Part shown: positions 19,381 through 31,786 of the stretch, in pieces
How positions within the stretch are numbered: position 1 is the first letter of the stretch
How the letters are laid out: each line of letters begins with the position of its first letter
NCBI GenBank assembly: GCA_030141605.1
Contig: JAQGDQ010001457.1
Coordinates: 1-40,161 of the forward strand
DNA length: 40,161 nucleotides
Origin: Tubiluchus corallicola
Lineage: Eukaryota; Animalia; Priapulida
Direction of reading: 5' to 3'
Program-made: the position numbers and the translations under genes
Notes under the pieces: model-generated
What the model was told of the DNA's origin: nothing
The model's input: the letters and a program-made list of their open reading frames with translations, nothing else
Database searches by the model: none

Positions 19381-20099
19381 TGATACAGTTGAAATCATTT
19401 ACCGTGCAATACTGCTATGACATTTGCAAAGAAACTGCAACTAAAGTTTTTTGCGATAATATTAAGTGCAGTAAGAGATTGTGAGTGCAAAATGTGTGAT
19501 TCCATTCAAAAATTGAAAATTTCGTCTCTGTGAGAAGTAAATTATTCTTCGTGCTGAGATCATTCGCGTATTGTTGCGTATTCGTGTTCGTTTTGCCTGA
19601 GAAATAAATTGTGGCTGAGTTGCATTTTTTGTGAATTCAAGCGAGGCTATTGCAGCACTTTACTTGGCCTAGCGTTATACAAATATTTTAATACTATTTA
19701 TTATGACACAAGTTTAATGCAATATCATTTAAAGGATCAGTTCTGTTACCATATTTAGAGTTTTAACCAATAACTTTCCTTCTCTTATTCATACATCATG
19801 TCTACGTTTTTAGTACAATAATTATTGAGATACTTACTTATAATGTAATTATTTCGCACTTCATACTTCAAGTTTCCAGCATTCTGTCTTAAGGGTCAGT
19901 TAAATAAAATGGAAAATAATGAGGTCTTCTAAGAGCCAAGAGTCTTTTGCACGGACATAACTAAGTGATTACAGTTGTGTTTGGAAGAATATCCAATCAA
20001 CCTATTTTTTAGACATTTATAAGTGATTTACAAAACAAAAGGTTTTGTTTTACTTTATTTTGCTAGTTGGAAAATCATTTGCGAGAGCTGCTGGCAATG

Positions 20100-20621
20100 A
20101 ATACAATATGGAAACAGCTTACATAACAAAGCATCATAATTTTTTTAGAGTAATGCTTTCGAATGCTGTTGTGCGTGCAGTAAGCCCATCACACCTTGCA
20201 TGGTGCTTCTATCTTGCACGAAAATAATAAGAAAACAGTTCATTTTGCCATTTAACAAAGCTTTATCATTTTTGCAGAGTACTGGCTTTAAATGCATACG
20301 TTGGTTGTGTGCATTGTAAAACCATCTGAACCTGCACTGCGCTGCCATCTGGCAAAGGAAATAATATGATCATAGTCTTGACTGCACTTGACTGTTATGC
20401 CTACGGTAAGTTCATCACACGTTGCACTGTGCTGACATCTGGCAACGGAAATAATATAAAAACAGCCCATGATGCCGTGTAACAATGTTTCGTAATTTCT
20501 GTAGAGTACTGGTTTTAAATCCGCTTGACTGTTATGCGCATAGTAAGTTCATCACACCTTGCACGGTGCTGCCTTCTGGCATTGGAAATAACATAAAAAC
20601 AGCTTATGATGTTGTGTAACA
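20100..20621. repeat. Old degenerate tandem repeat (unit about 90-140 bp)
   Basis: A GTAAGTTCATCACACCTTGCAC.GTGCTGCCATCTGGCA..GGAAATAAT-like core recurs near 20180, 20320, 20406 and 20543. Confidence 0.7.
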
Positions 20622-21593
20622 TAAATAAGATTTTTTAATTTGCTTTAACTTACGAAAAATTTGAAATATGAGCTGTATACAAAGCTCGCACACCAAGCAC
20701 AAGAGTCACCTGCAATAATTGATTATAATCTCTGTAAATTCGAGTCTGAGAAATAAGTCTTATTGGTGTGGCGCCACCTAACAAAGAAACTGCTGAAATT
20801 GCATTACTTGCTACATGTATAAAAAGGCGACAATTTTCTTACTGCAGAATTATGAATTTAAAAGTATAAAGCTTGCAGAGGGAACAACAATAGCCAAAGT
20901 GACAACATTAGCGTCACCATCATCATCAGCATAGCAGCAACAGCAGTGATAACAACCGCACCAATGACAGCAATAATGTGAGTGACAAGTAGAAGGTCGA
21001 GCAGCTGCAGCGACAGTGACAACGACCATATAGTTGTTTCAAAATTATTTATTATATATCGAACATGCCAGTTCAAATTTTGGGTGTTACCCAGTAGTTC
21101 ACACGTGCTGCTAAGATTGTTGTGAAATTTGCTGAACCTTCAAAAAGAGGTATTATTATTATTATCAGCTTATCAATCGTTATTAAATTCCAGACAGAAT
21201 TATAAAGGATTAAAATCTTTCTTTGTCGGCAGGGAGTTAACCTACCACTCAGGTAAATACTTCAAAAGGATTATAAATAAGCTGCTCCTTTGTGTGCAGA
21301 GAGCGCGTCTCAAGTTGTCTCCAATTTAATGTTTTGCGGAATTTGCCGCAAAGTTTATAAACTTCAAAAGTCGGTGTTATTATTTCAGCCCTTATTAAAT
21401 TTCAGATAAAATTGCTGAAAGTTATAATCTTTCTTTGTGCGCAGGGCGTGAACTGAATCTCGAGTGAAATGCTTTAGAAGACTTTAATAACCATCGGGCT
21501 AGGGTTAGAGCAGCAATCATGATTGGTCTGCAATTTGTCATTTTAGAAAATCTGCCGCCAGGATTATAAATTTTAAATGTAAATTCCAAGTTC

Positions 21594-23755
21594 TTGCAGG
21601 ATCTTTGCACAGTTTTTGCGCGATTTTACGCAGTTTTTGCGCAATCTTTGCACAGTTTTTGCGCAATCTTTGCACATTTTTTTGCGTGGTCTTTGCACAT
21701 TTTTTGCGCGATCTTTGCGCAGTTTTTGCAGGATCTTTGCGCATTTTTTGCGCAATCTTTGCGCAGTTTTTGCGCGATATTTGCACAGTTTTTGCGCGAT
21801 CTTTTTGGGCAGTTTTTGCGCGATATTTGAGCAGTTTTTGCGCGATCTTTGCGCAGTTTTTGCGCGATTTTTGCACAGTTTTTGCGCGATCTTTGCGTAG
21901 TTTTTGCCCAATCTTTGCGCAGTTTTTGCCCAATCTTTGCACAGTTTTTGCGCAATCTTTGCACAGTTTTTGCACAATCTTTGCACATTTTTTTGCGCGA
22001 TCTTTGCACAGTTTTTGCAGGATCTTTGAGCAGTTTTTGCGAGATATTTGCGCATTTTTTGCGCAATCTTTGCGCAGTTTTTGCGCGATCTTTGCACAGT
22101 TTTTGCGCGAACTTTGCACAGTTTTTGCGGGATCTTTGCGCAGTTTTTGCGGGATCTTTGCACAGTTTTTGCGTGGTCTTTGCACATTTTTTGCGCGATC
22201 TTTGCGCAGTTTTTGCAGGATCTTTGCGCATTTTTTGCGCAATCTTTGCGCAGTTTTTGCGCGATATTTGCACAGTTTTTGCGCGATCTTTTTGGGCAGT
22301 TTTTGCGCGATATTTGAGCAGTTTTTGCGCGATCTTTGCGCAGTTTTTGCGCGATTTTTGCACAGTTTTTGCGCGATCTTTGCGTAGTTTTTGCCCAATC
22401 TTTGCGCAGTTTTTGCCCAATCTTTGCACAGTTTTTGCGCAATCTTTGCACAGTTTTTGCACAATCTTTGCACATTTTTTTGCGCGATCTTTGCACAGTT
22501 TTTGCAGGATCTTTGAGCAGTTTTTGCGAGATATTTGCGCATTTTTTGCGCAATCTTTGCGCAGTTTTTGCGCGATCTTTGCACAGTCTTTGCGCGATCT
22601 TTGCACAGTTTTTGCGCGATATTTGCACAGTTTTTGGCTAATCTTTGCACAGTTTTTGTCCAATCTTTGCACAGTTTTTGCGCAATCTTTGCACAGTTTT
22701 TGTCCAATCTTTGCACAGTTTTTGCGCAATCTTTGCACAGTTTTTGCGCAATCTTTGCACATTTTTTTGCGCGATCTTTGCACAGTTTGTGCGCAGTTTT
22801 TGGGGGATCTTTGGGCAGTTTTTGCGCGATCTTTGCGCAGTTTTTGCCCAATCTTTGCACAGTTTTTGCGCAATCTTTGCACAGTTTTTGCGCAATCTTT
22901 GCACATTTTTTGCGTGTCTTTGCACATTTTTTGCGCGATCTTTGCGCAGTTTTTGCGGGATCTTTGCGCAGTTTTTGCGCAATCTTTGCGCAGTTTTTGT
23001 GCGATCTTTGCACAGTTTTTGCGCGATCTTTGCACAGTTTTTGCGCGATCTTTGCGCAGTTTTAGCGCGATCTTTGCGCAGTTTTTGCCCAATCTTTGCA
23101 CAGTTTTTGCGCAATCTTTGCACATTTTTTTGCGCGATCTTTGCACAGTTTTTGCGCAGTTTTTGCCCAATCTTTGCACAGTTTTTGCGCAATCTTTGCA
23201 CAGTTTTTGCGCAATCTTTGCACAGTTTTTTGCGCGATCTTTGCACAGTTTTTGCGCAATCTTTGCACATTTTTTTGCGCTGTCTTTGCACATTTTTTGC
23301 GCGATCTTTGCGCAGTTTTCGCGGGATCTTTGCGCAGTTTTTGCGCGATCTTTGCGCAGTTGTTGCGCGATCTTTGCACAGTTTTTGCGCGATCTTTGCA
23401 CAGTTTTTGCGCGATCTTTGCACAGTTTTTGCGCGATCTTTGCGCAGTTTTTGCCCAATCTTTGCGCAGTTTTTGCGCAATCTGTGCACAGTTTTTTGCG
23501 CGATCTTTGCACAGTTTTTGCGCAATCTTTGCACATTTTTTTGCGCTGTCTTTGCACATTTTTTTTTTGCGCGATCTTTGCGCAGTTTTCGCGGGATCTT
23601 TGCGCAGTTTTTGGCTAATCTTTGCGCAGTTTTTGCTCAATCTTTGCGCAGTTTTTGCGCGATCTTTGCACAGTTTTTGCGCGATCTTTGCACAGTTTTT
23701 GCGTAGTTTTTGCGTGATCTTTGCACAGTTTTTGCGCAATCTTTGTGCAGTTTTT
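21594..23755. repeat. Second, linker-free array of the same 22-bp satellite (~2.15 kb)
   Basis: Same unit. An internal 487-bp duplication is visible from variant GCGTGGTCTTTGCACATT at 21684 and 22171. Confidence 0.97.
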
Positions 23756-23799
23756 TTATATAACCATTTGAAATCCAAGATCGCAAACTACAACTAATG

Positions 23800-24546
23800 G
23801 AAGTAATTATGATATTATGAAATCCTGCTCTGCTGCACTTGAGATGCTGTCTACTCCCTAGCTGAAAGACCGACTAATAGATATAGTTATAACTTTATAA
23901 AATCCTGCCACACAAGCCACTTTGTTCTGCTTTGCTCTGTTCTGATACTCTCTGCTCGCTGCACACAAAGCAAGATAGTTATTTCAATTACATCATTTTA
24001 TGAAATCCTTTAAACCGGACCTCTTGAGACACGATAAATACCGTTTACAAAGAGATTAAGTCTTTTATTATAAGCCTCATCAAATCCATTAGCGAACTTC
24101 AGACAACCTTTGTATGTAACTCACAATGAACAGCTGTAATTTTCAATAATTCACTTGGACAACATAATAATGATTGAATTCAATGATAATTATAATCCCT
24201 CATTTTAAATTAGTGTGTGGAATTTTCCCAGGATTATATCCGTGGTGGGTAATGACCAGCCTTGAAGAGGTTTTCATATTGCACAAAAGCAATTCAGAAA
24301 TGTAACATAGAATAAATTGCATTGCGATTTTAATGGCTGATGTTTAAGACATGGGAGAAATTTATCCACGATTGTTCACAGGGGGGAGGGGGGCACAGGC
24401 CGTGATTCATGTGTCTGTTTAATTGGATTTTGTGAAATTTTCGTAAAATTATCTGACATCTTTGTAGATAATGCGCATGTCGTTTCAAGTATTTGCTGCC
24501 CAGCTTTGTACATTGAAAATTATCACTGCTTATTATAGTATCAGGA
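23800..24546 (+). mobile_element. Dispersed ~750-bp non-coding repeat, copy 1 (putative non-autonomous element)
   Basis: Colinear with 31787..32522, for example ATGAAATCCTTTAAACCGGACCTCTTGAGACACGATAAATACCG at ~24000 and ~31960. Boundaries are approximate. Confidence 0.75.
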
Positions 24547-25302
24547 ATTATTCTCTTTACTAGTAATTTTATTTAGAGTTGTGGCATTGAGGTATTATTG
24601 CTGTTTATAAAGTCTAACTCGTTCAACTAATTCCATTCACTTGGTATTAATGCTGTCATTATTTTCAATTGCTGCGTAATCTTTTCCATTTAGTATCATT
24701 CAATCGAGCCTGCATTTATCCTGCGCTTTTGTGTCACAATGAATCAATTCTTCTGTAAAAACACCCATTAAGTCATTTGCTTTAAGTGGTGCTTGCGGTC
24801 TAATGGAAGCTAAACTTTATTCCCATAATAGCTTTTACGGCATGAAGAGGTTCATATTTTAAACTGCCGTAAATGTCACAACAAATTGCATTGATTATAA
24901 GAAAAGTACAAAAAGTGTTTGTAGCCTGTATACTGCTGGATTTTGCTCTAAGTTTACAAGGAGTTATGTGTGAGAGCCTAAAATGCTCTGTTGAGATGAA
25001 TGTTTGCCGTTTTCTTATAAAAATTCTCAGCTACCATAACATGTTTTCTTCTTTCCTCTTTCTACCTGCAGCTACTTATTTTGTGTGACCACTTGTTTTT
25101 TCAAGTTTGTGAGAGAAAGTTGATGGTTCATTAAATTGTGTTGTTATGTCACCTCAGGAAGAAACAGATATTGAAAATTATGAATATCGTTTCAGTTTTT
25201 TACGTAAAAGACACTATTTGCTAGTAATAAATGCTATGCTGTAGAAAAATAGTTTAATGTTGGCTATTGCTCGTTACTGACAAAGACCCTTGTTACCGAG
25301 AG

Positions 25303-25599
25303 TATCCTGGGAAAATTCCTCGCATCATTTTAAAAGGCCAATTTAAAATTATCTCTATTTTCAATGATCGTGTAATGGGGTGCAATTTATTTGTAATAGA
25401 CGCGTCTTTGTGTGTTATGAAAGGCTCTTCAAGGTTGGTCAGTGCGCATCCAGTCAAACTTGGGAAATAATCCTGGGAAAATTCCTCACATCAAATTAAG
25501 AAATCAGGCTTAACATTATTTGTATTTTCAATCTTTATGTAATGGGTGCAAATTATTGATAATAGAAACGTCTTTGTGTGTTATGAAAAGCTCTTCAAG
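25303..25599. repeat. Diverged tandem duplication, period ~167 bp
   Basis: ATCCTGGGAAAATTCCTC...CGTCTTTGTGTGTTATGAAA.GCTCTTCAAG occurs twice. Confidence 0.85.
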
Positions 25600-26094
25600 T
25601 TCATCACAATGGCAACATTTTGCAGGTCCCTTGTAGGCTTTACAATTAATATTTTAATAACTTTATATCATTGTAGAAAAAGTGTAACAATGACCATTGA
25701 CCTAAAAAAACATTGAAAACACCAACTGCATAATCACCAAAGCCTGTTGTAACTATAAAGTTTGTAGTAATTTTAAGCATGTGAAAATTGTTATAGCTTA
25801 TGTTAAACTGTCAAATAAAATATTAGTGATTAGTACTGAGTATACATGAGAAAATGTAAGGGAATACTTAACGATAACGAATTTAAATGATGGGATTTCT
25901 TAAAAATTAACACTTCGATCAATAATGGACCTTAATTTATTGTTTTGTTGTTGCATTGTTTATCATTGAAGGATGCGGCTATGTTACAGCACACAGTTTC
26001 AACTTTGTACAAAATGTTCTGCTAGATTTCACTATGCTGCTGTGCTGCTGGCATTGATGTTGTAGGTGTCTTCATCATGATTGTCGTTCGAGAT

Positions 26095-26200
26095 GGGTGG
26101 ATTTGGGGTGGTGTGGTGTGGTGTGGTATGGTGTAGTGGGTGTGGTAAATGTAGTGAATGTAGGGTATTACAGTGTAGGGGTGGCGTAGTGTAGGCGTGT
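26095..26200. repeat. Degenerate (GTGTG)n / GT-rich simple repeat
   Basis: GGTGGTGTGGTGTGGTGTGGTATGGTGTAGTG... read directly from the sequence. Confidence 0.8.
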
Positions 26201-26380
26201 AATTTAAGTGTTCTGCTATTTTCAAATTTACTCCCTTGAAAGCACAGCGAGAAAAACAAAAATATTCCATAACGTCGACTGAAGGGCAAAAAACGTGAAG
26301 AAAATACTTTTAATCAAATATAGATGCAAATTAGAATGTTCTGTGAATAAGTAGTTATCAACTCATTTCCGACTTCAACA

Positions 26381-26454
26381 TGGTTAGGCTGATTCAGATT
26401 TGAACCCTGGACCTCTTGGCTGCCATTCGTCAACTAATACAATTCCTAGACTAG
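26381..26454 (-). mobile_element. Possible decayed tRNA-derived SINE head
   Basis: The minus strand has TAGTCTAG... (A-box-like) and GAGGTCCAGGGTTCAAATC (B-box-like); it does not form a complete cloverleaf. Confidence 0.35.
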
Positions 26455-26777
26455 ATTCCTACTATTTAATTAACTACAATCATTGTAGTTATTTTCTTTA
26501 CAAAATGACTATGATTGCAACTCTTCACTGCGGGAAATGTGCTGGTCGTTGGCATTTCACTTCTACGAGCAACTTTCACCAATCCGCCATTATGGTGGCT
26601 AGATATCACATTGTTTAAAGAATTTATTAAATATCGTCAATTAACATCAATTAATTAATTAATTACAGATAACAACAATTATCATCGCACAGGCATTTTT
26701 AAAACTTTATTAATATCTGAAAACCCAACAAACTGTGCTTATACCACACCTGCAAACCAAGCACAGTTTTGATAACG

Positions 26778-26832
26778 ATCGCCCAGCGGCTAAGGTGCAG
26801 GATTCGCACGGACTAGGTTGAAGGTTCGAGCG
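26778..26832 (+). mobile_element. Possible decayed tRNA-derived SINE head
   Basis: TCGCCCAGCGGCTAAG (A-box-like) and GGTTCGAGC (B-box-like) at tRNA-like spacing. Confidence 0.35.
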
Positions 26833-27029
26833 TTAGTATGATAAAACAATTTAATAAAATTGTAGTTTATAGTTAATTGTTAATTGATGTATAGAGGAAA
26901 ACTATCCCTGATAATAGTATCAGGGACACATTTTTTGACTAAACTGTTGTTCTGCCCCGTCGCAAGAGAAATACTAGTCATATAATACCAACTAGTGGTA
27001 ACCTTGTGAAGTCACGCAATTACCTTGAA

Positions 27030-27209
27030 CTGATAAAATTTGAACTGAAAGCATTTTCTGGGTAGATTTTTGAATGGCGAATTTTGGGATGTGTTAAAAA
27101 TGATAATCCAGATTTAGAAAACATTCAAAAATTCAGACTTTTGAAGAGCAAACTAACAGGTTCTGCTCTTAGTGCATTAGAAGGTTTTTCATTCAGTAGT
27201 GAAAATAAT
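27030..27209 (+). pseudogene. gag: Decayed gag (DUF1759) fragment of a second, different BEL/Pao family
   Basis: Translates as LIKFELKAFSG*IFEWR/FWDV..DNPDLENIQKFRLLKSKLTGSALSALEGFSFSSEN, matching the pattern LPK.EL..FSG....W..FWD.F...+H.N..L..+QKF.YL+S.L.G.A...+.G......NY. It has one stop plus indels and is not in the supplied ORF track. Confidence 0.8.
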
Positions 27210-30200
27210 TTCTTTCTCTGATTCATATCATTCACTACCCAATGGCTGCTCAATCACTAAATGTTAAGCTCGTCTGGACTTTCTTTCTCTGACTCATATC
27301 ATTCACTAGCCAATGGCTGCTCAATCACTGAATGTTAAGCTCGTCTGGACTTAATTTCATTCTCTGATTCATATCATTCACTAGCCAATGGCTGCTCAAT
27401 CACTAAATGTTAAGCTCGTCTGGACTTAATTTCATTCTCTGATTCATATCATTCACTAGCCAATGGCAGCTCAATCAGTAAATGTTAAGCTCGTCTGGAC
27501 TTAATTTCATTCTCTGATTCATATCATTCACTAGCCAATGGCAGCTCAATCACTAAATGTTAAGCTCGTCTGGACTTAATTTCATTCTCTGATTCATATC
27601 ATTCACTAGTCAATGGCTGCTCAATCACTGAATGTTAAGCTCGTCTGGACTTAATTTCTTTCTCTGATTCATATCATCCACTAGCCAATGGCTGTTCAAT
27701 CACTGACTGTTAAGCTCATCTGGACTTAATTTCTCTGATTCATATCATTCACTAGCCAATGGCTGCTCAATCACTGAATGTTAAGCTCGTCTGGACTTTC
27801 TTTCTCTGATTTATATCATCCACTACCCAATGGCTGCTCAATCACTAAATGTTAAGCTCGTCTGGACTTAAATTCTTTCTCTGATTCAAATCATCCACTA
27901 GCCAATGGCTGCTCAATCACTAAATGTTAAATTCGTCTGGACTTAATTTCTTTCTCCGATTCATATCATTCACTAGCCAATGGCTGCTCAATCACTAAAT
28001 GGTAAGCTCGTCTGGACTTAATTTCATTCTCTGATTCATATCATTCACTAGCCAATGGCAGCTCAATCAGCAAATGTTAAGCTCGTCTGGACTTAATTTC
28101 ATTCTCTGATTCATATCATTCACTAGCCAATGGCTGCTCAATCACTAAATGTTAAGCTCGTCTGGACTTAATTTCATTCTCTGATTCATATCATTCACTA
28201 GCCAATGGCAGCTCAATCAGTAAATGTTAAGCTCGTCTGGACTTAATTTCATTCTCTGATTCATATCATTCACTAGCCAATGGCAGCTCAATCACTAAAT
28301 GTTAAGCTCGTCTGGACTTAATTTCATTCTCTGATTCATATCATTCACTAGTCAATGGCTGCTCAATCACTGAATGTTAAGGTCGTCTGGACTTAATTTC
28401 TTTCTCTGATTCATATCATCCACTAGCCAATGGCTGTTCAATCACTGACTGTTAAGCTCGTCTGGACTTAATTTCTCTGATTCATATCATTCACTAGCCA
28501 ATGGCTGTTCAATCACTGAATGTTAAGCTCGTCTGGACTTTCTTTCTCTGATTTATATCATCCACTACCCAATGGCTGCTCAATCACTAAATGTTAAGCT
28601 CGTCTGGACTTAAATTCTTTCTCTGATTCAAATCATCCACTAGCCAATGGCTGCTCAATCACTAAATGTTAAATTCGTCTGGACTTAATTTCTTTCTCCG
28701 ATTCATACCATTCACTAGCCAATGGCTGCTCAATCACTAAATGGTAAGCTCGTCTGGACTTAATTTCATTCTCTGATTCATATCATTCACTAGCCAATGG
28801 CAGCTCAATCAGCAAATGTTAAGCTCGTCTGGACTTAATTTCATTCTCTGATTCATATCATCCACTACCCAATGGCTGCTCAATCACTAAATGTTAAGCT
28901 CGTCTGGACTTAATTTCTTTCTCTGATTTATATCATCCACTAGCCAATGGCTGCTCAATCACTAAATGTTAAGCGTGTCTGGACTTATTTTCTTTCTCTG
29001 ATTCATATCATCCACTAACCAATGGCTGGTCAATCACTAAATGTTAAGCTCGTCTGGACTTTCTTTCTCTGATCATATCATTCACTAGCCAATGGCTGCT
29101 CAATCACTGAATGTTAAGCTCGTCTGGACTTAATTTCATTCTCTGATTCATAACATTCACTAGCCAATGGCTGCTCAATCACTAAATGTTAAACTCGTCT
29201 GGACTTAATTTCATTCTCTGATTCATATCATTCACTACCCAATGGCAGCTCAATCAGTAAATGTTAAGCTCGTCTGGACTTAATTTCATTCTCTGATTCA
29301 TATCATCCACTACCCAATGGCTGTTCAATCACTAAATGTTAAGCTCGTCTGGACTTAATTTCATTCTCTGATTCATATCATTCACTAGTCAATGGCTGCT
29401 CAATCACTGAATGTTAAGCTCGTCTGGACTTAATTTCTTTCTCTGATTCATATCATCCACTAGCCAATGGCTGTTCAATCACTGACTGTTAAGCTCGTCT
29501 GGACTTAATTTCTCTGATTCATATCATTCACTAGCCAATGGCTGCTCAATCACTGAATGTTAAGCTCGTCTGGACTTTCTTTCTCTGATTTATATCATCC
29601 ACTACCCAATGGCTGCTCAATCACTAAATGTTAAGCTCGTCTGGACTTAAATTCTTTCTCTGATTCAAATCATCCACTAGCCAATGGCTGCTCAATCACT
29701 AAATGTTAAATTCGTCTGGACTTAATTTCTTTCTCCGATTCATATCATTCACTAGCCAATGGCTGCTCAATCACTAAATGGTAAGCTCGTCTGGACTTAA
29801 TTTCATTCTCTGATTCATATCATTCACTAGCCAATGGCAGCTCAATCAGCAAATGTTAAGCTCGTCTGGACTTAATTTCATTCTCTGATTCATATCATTC
29901 ACTACCCAATGGCTGCTCAATCACTAAATGTTAAGCTCGTCTGGACTTAATTTCTTTCTCTGATTTATATCATCCACTAGCCAATGGCTGCTCAATCACT
30001 AAATGTTAAGCGTGTCTGGACTTAATTTCTTTCTCTGATTCATATCATCCACTAACCAATGGCTGGTCAATCACTAAATGTTAAGCTCGTCTGGACTTTC
30101 TTTCTCTGATCATATCATTCACTAGCCAATGGCTGCTCAATCACTGAATGTTAAGCTCGTCTGGACTTAATTTCATTCTCTGATTCATAACATTCACTAG

Positions 30201-30918
30201 CCAATGGCTGCTCAATCACTAAATGTTAAGCTCGTCTGGACTTAATTTCATTCTCTGATTCATATCATTCACTACCCAATGGCAGCTCAATCAGTAAATG
30301 TTAAGCTCGTCTGGACTTAATTTCATTCTCTGATTCATATCATCCACTAGCCAATGGCTGTTCAATCACTAAATGTTAAGCTCGTCTGGACTTAATTTCA
30401 TTCTCTGATTCATATCATTCACTAGTCAATGGCTGCTCAATCACTGAATGTTAAGCTCGTCTGGACTTAATTTCTTTCTCTGATTCATATCATCCACTAG
30501 CCAATGGCTGTTCAATCACTGACTGTTAAGCTCGTCTGGACTTAATTTCTCTGATTCATATCATTCACTAGCCAATGGCTGCTCAATCACTGAATGTTAA
30601 GCTCGTCTGGACTTTCTTTCTCTGATTTATATCATTCACTAGCCAATGGCTGCTCAATCACTAAATGGTAAGCTCGTCTGGACTTAATTTCATTCTCTGA
30701 TTCATATCATTCACTAGCCAATGGCAGCTCAATCAGCAAATGTTAAGCTCGTCTGGACTTAATTTCATTCTCTGATTCATATCATCCACTACCCAATGGC
30801 TGCTCAATCACTAAATGTTAAGTTCGTCTGGACTTAATTTCTTTCTCTGATTCATATCATCCACTAGCCAATGGCTGCTCAATCAATAAATGTTGAGTTC
30901 ATCTGTACTTAATTTCTT
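27206..30918. repeat. 75-bp satellite (70/71-bp variants), about 50 copies, with higher-order repeats
   Basis: Unit TAATTTCATTCTCTGATTCATATCATTCACTAGCCAATGGCTGCTCAATCACTAAATGTTAAGCTCGTCTGGACT (for example starts at 27352 and 27427). Confidence 0.98.
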
Positions 30919-31786
30919 AAGTATTCAGGTTTACAGAATTTAATCAGAAAAAATTGATATTAACTATCCTGCTTTTTGTTCAGAGCACAGAGCGCATTGC
31001 AAAAAGATTCCATAGAGTTTTATATATAAAAAGAAAATACTGAAATTGGTTGAAAATTACAACACTGCTGTCACAGTCGCTTATGTGAATATGTATATAC
31101 AGTATAAATTGTTCGGGCGTCGGGTTCTCGCCACCAGGGTCGTAGTAATCACCCAAAACACAACACATAAAGATGTATTTCCCCTTGAGGGTTCAACACT
31201 CCCTCCCAATGACGCCGAAACAGTTGTGAGACAAGTCCTGGGAGGGCAGGTGAAGGCTTGTCCTATTTGGCGTCTCAAACATCAGCAACCGCTGAACTCT
31301 AGTCAACAGAATGTTGCGCTTGTATTTAAAAACTTTGTACAGGTAAAATACGTGAGTGTTTAACTTTGAGCCAATCAGAATGCAGGATTTGCACATGTGA
31401 AATATGAGACTGTTTAACTTTGAGCCAATCAGAAAGCAGGATTTGTGAATTTTATGCAGGTATGATTAGTACATTTTTGACTTACAGGGGTGTTTTACTT
31501 TAACGCCACATTGAAATAACATGCAGGCCGCATATCTGTGTCCTTGAGTGAGTGAAAGTTTGAACTCAAAACAGCCCAGCAATGATATAAAGCAATATTT
31601 ATATAATACTTTAATACTGCAATTTATACTATATCTTTGAAATTTTGTATATAATTTTCACATACATTGATATGATTATTTACAAGGCTGCCTCACTATG
31701 CGGCAGAATAAAATGTTTCAGCTTGAAATTTTACAGACTGTAAGCAATTTTACTTGAAATCCAAAGCGCAAAGCATTACTAATCGA

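Noticed and set aside
19480-19620. Weak similarity to 35270..35405 (and of 24619..24710 to 40062..40155; 21130..21240 to 21355..21455)
   Set aside because: Probably real old repeat fragments, but too diverged to define boundaries or family by eye.
15044-23797. Dozens of long overlapping ORFs (up to 643 aa) rich in KNCAKIAQKL / FAQFLRDLC
   Set aside because: They are translations of the 22-bp satellite, whose consensus has no stop codon on either strand; they appear in all six frames and have no protein-like complexity.
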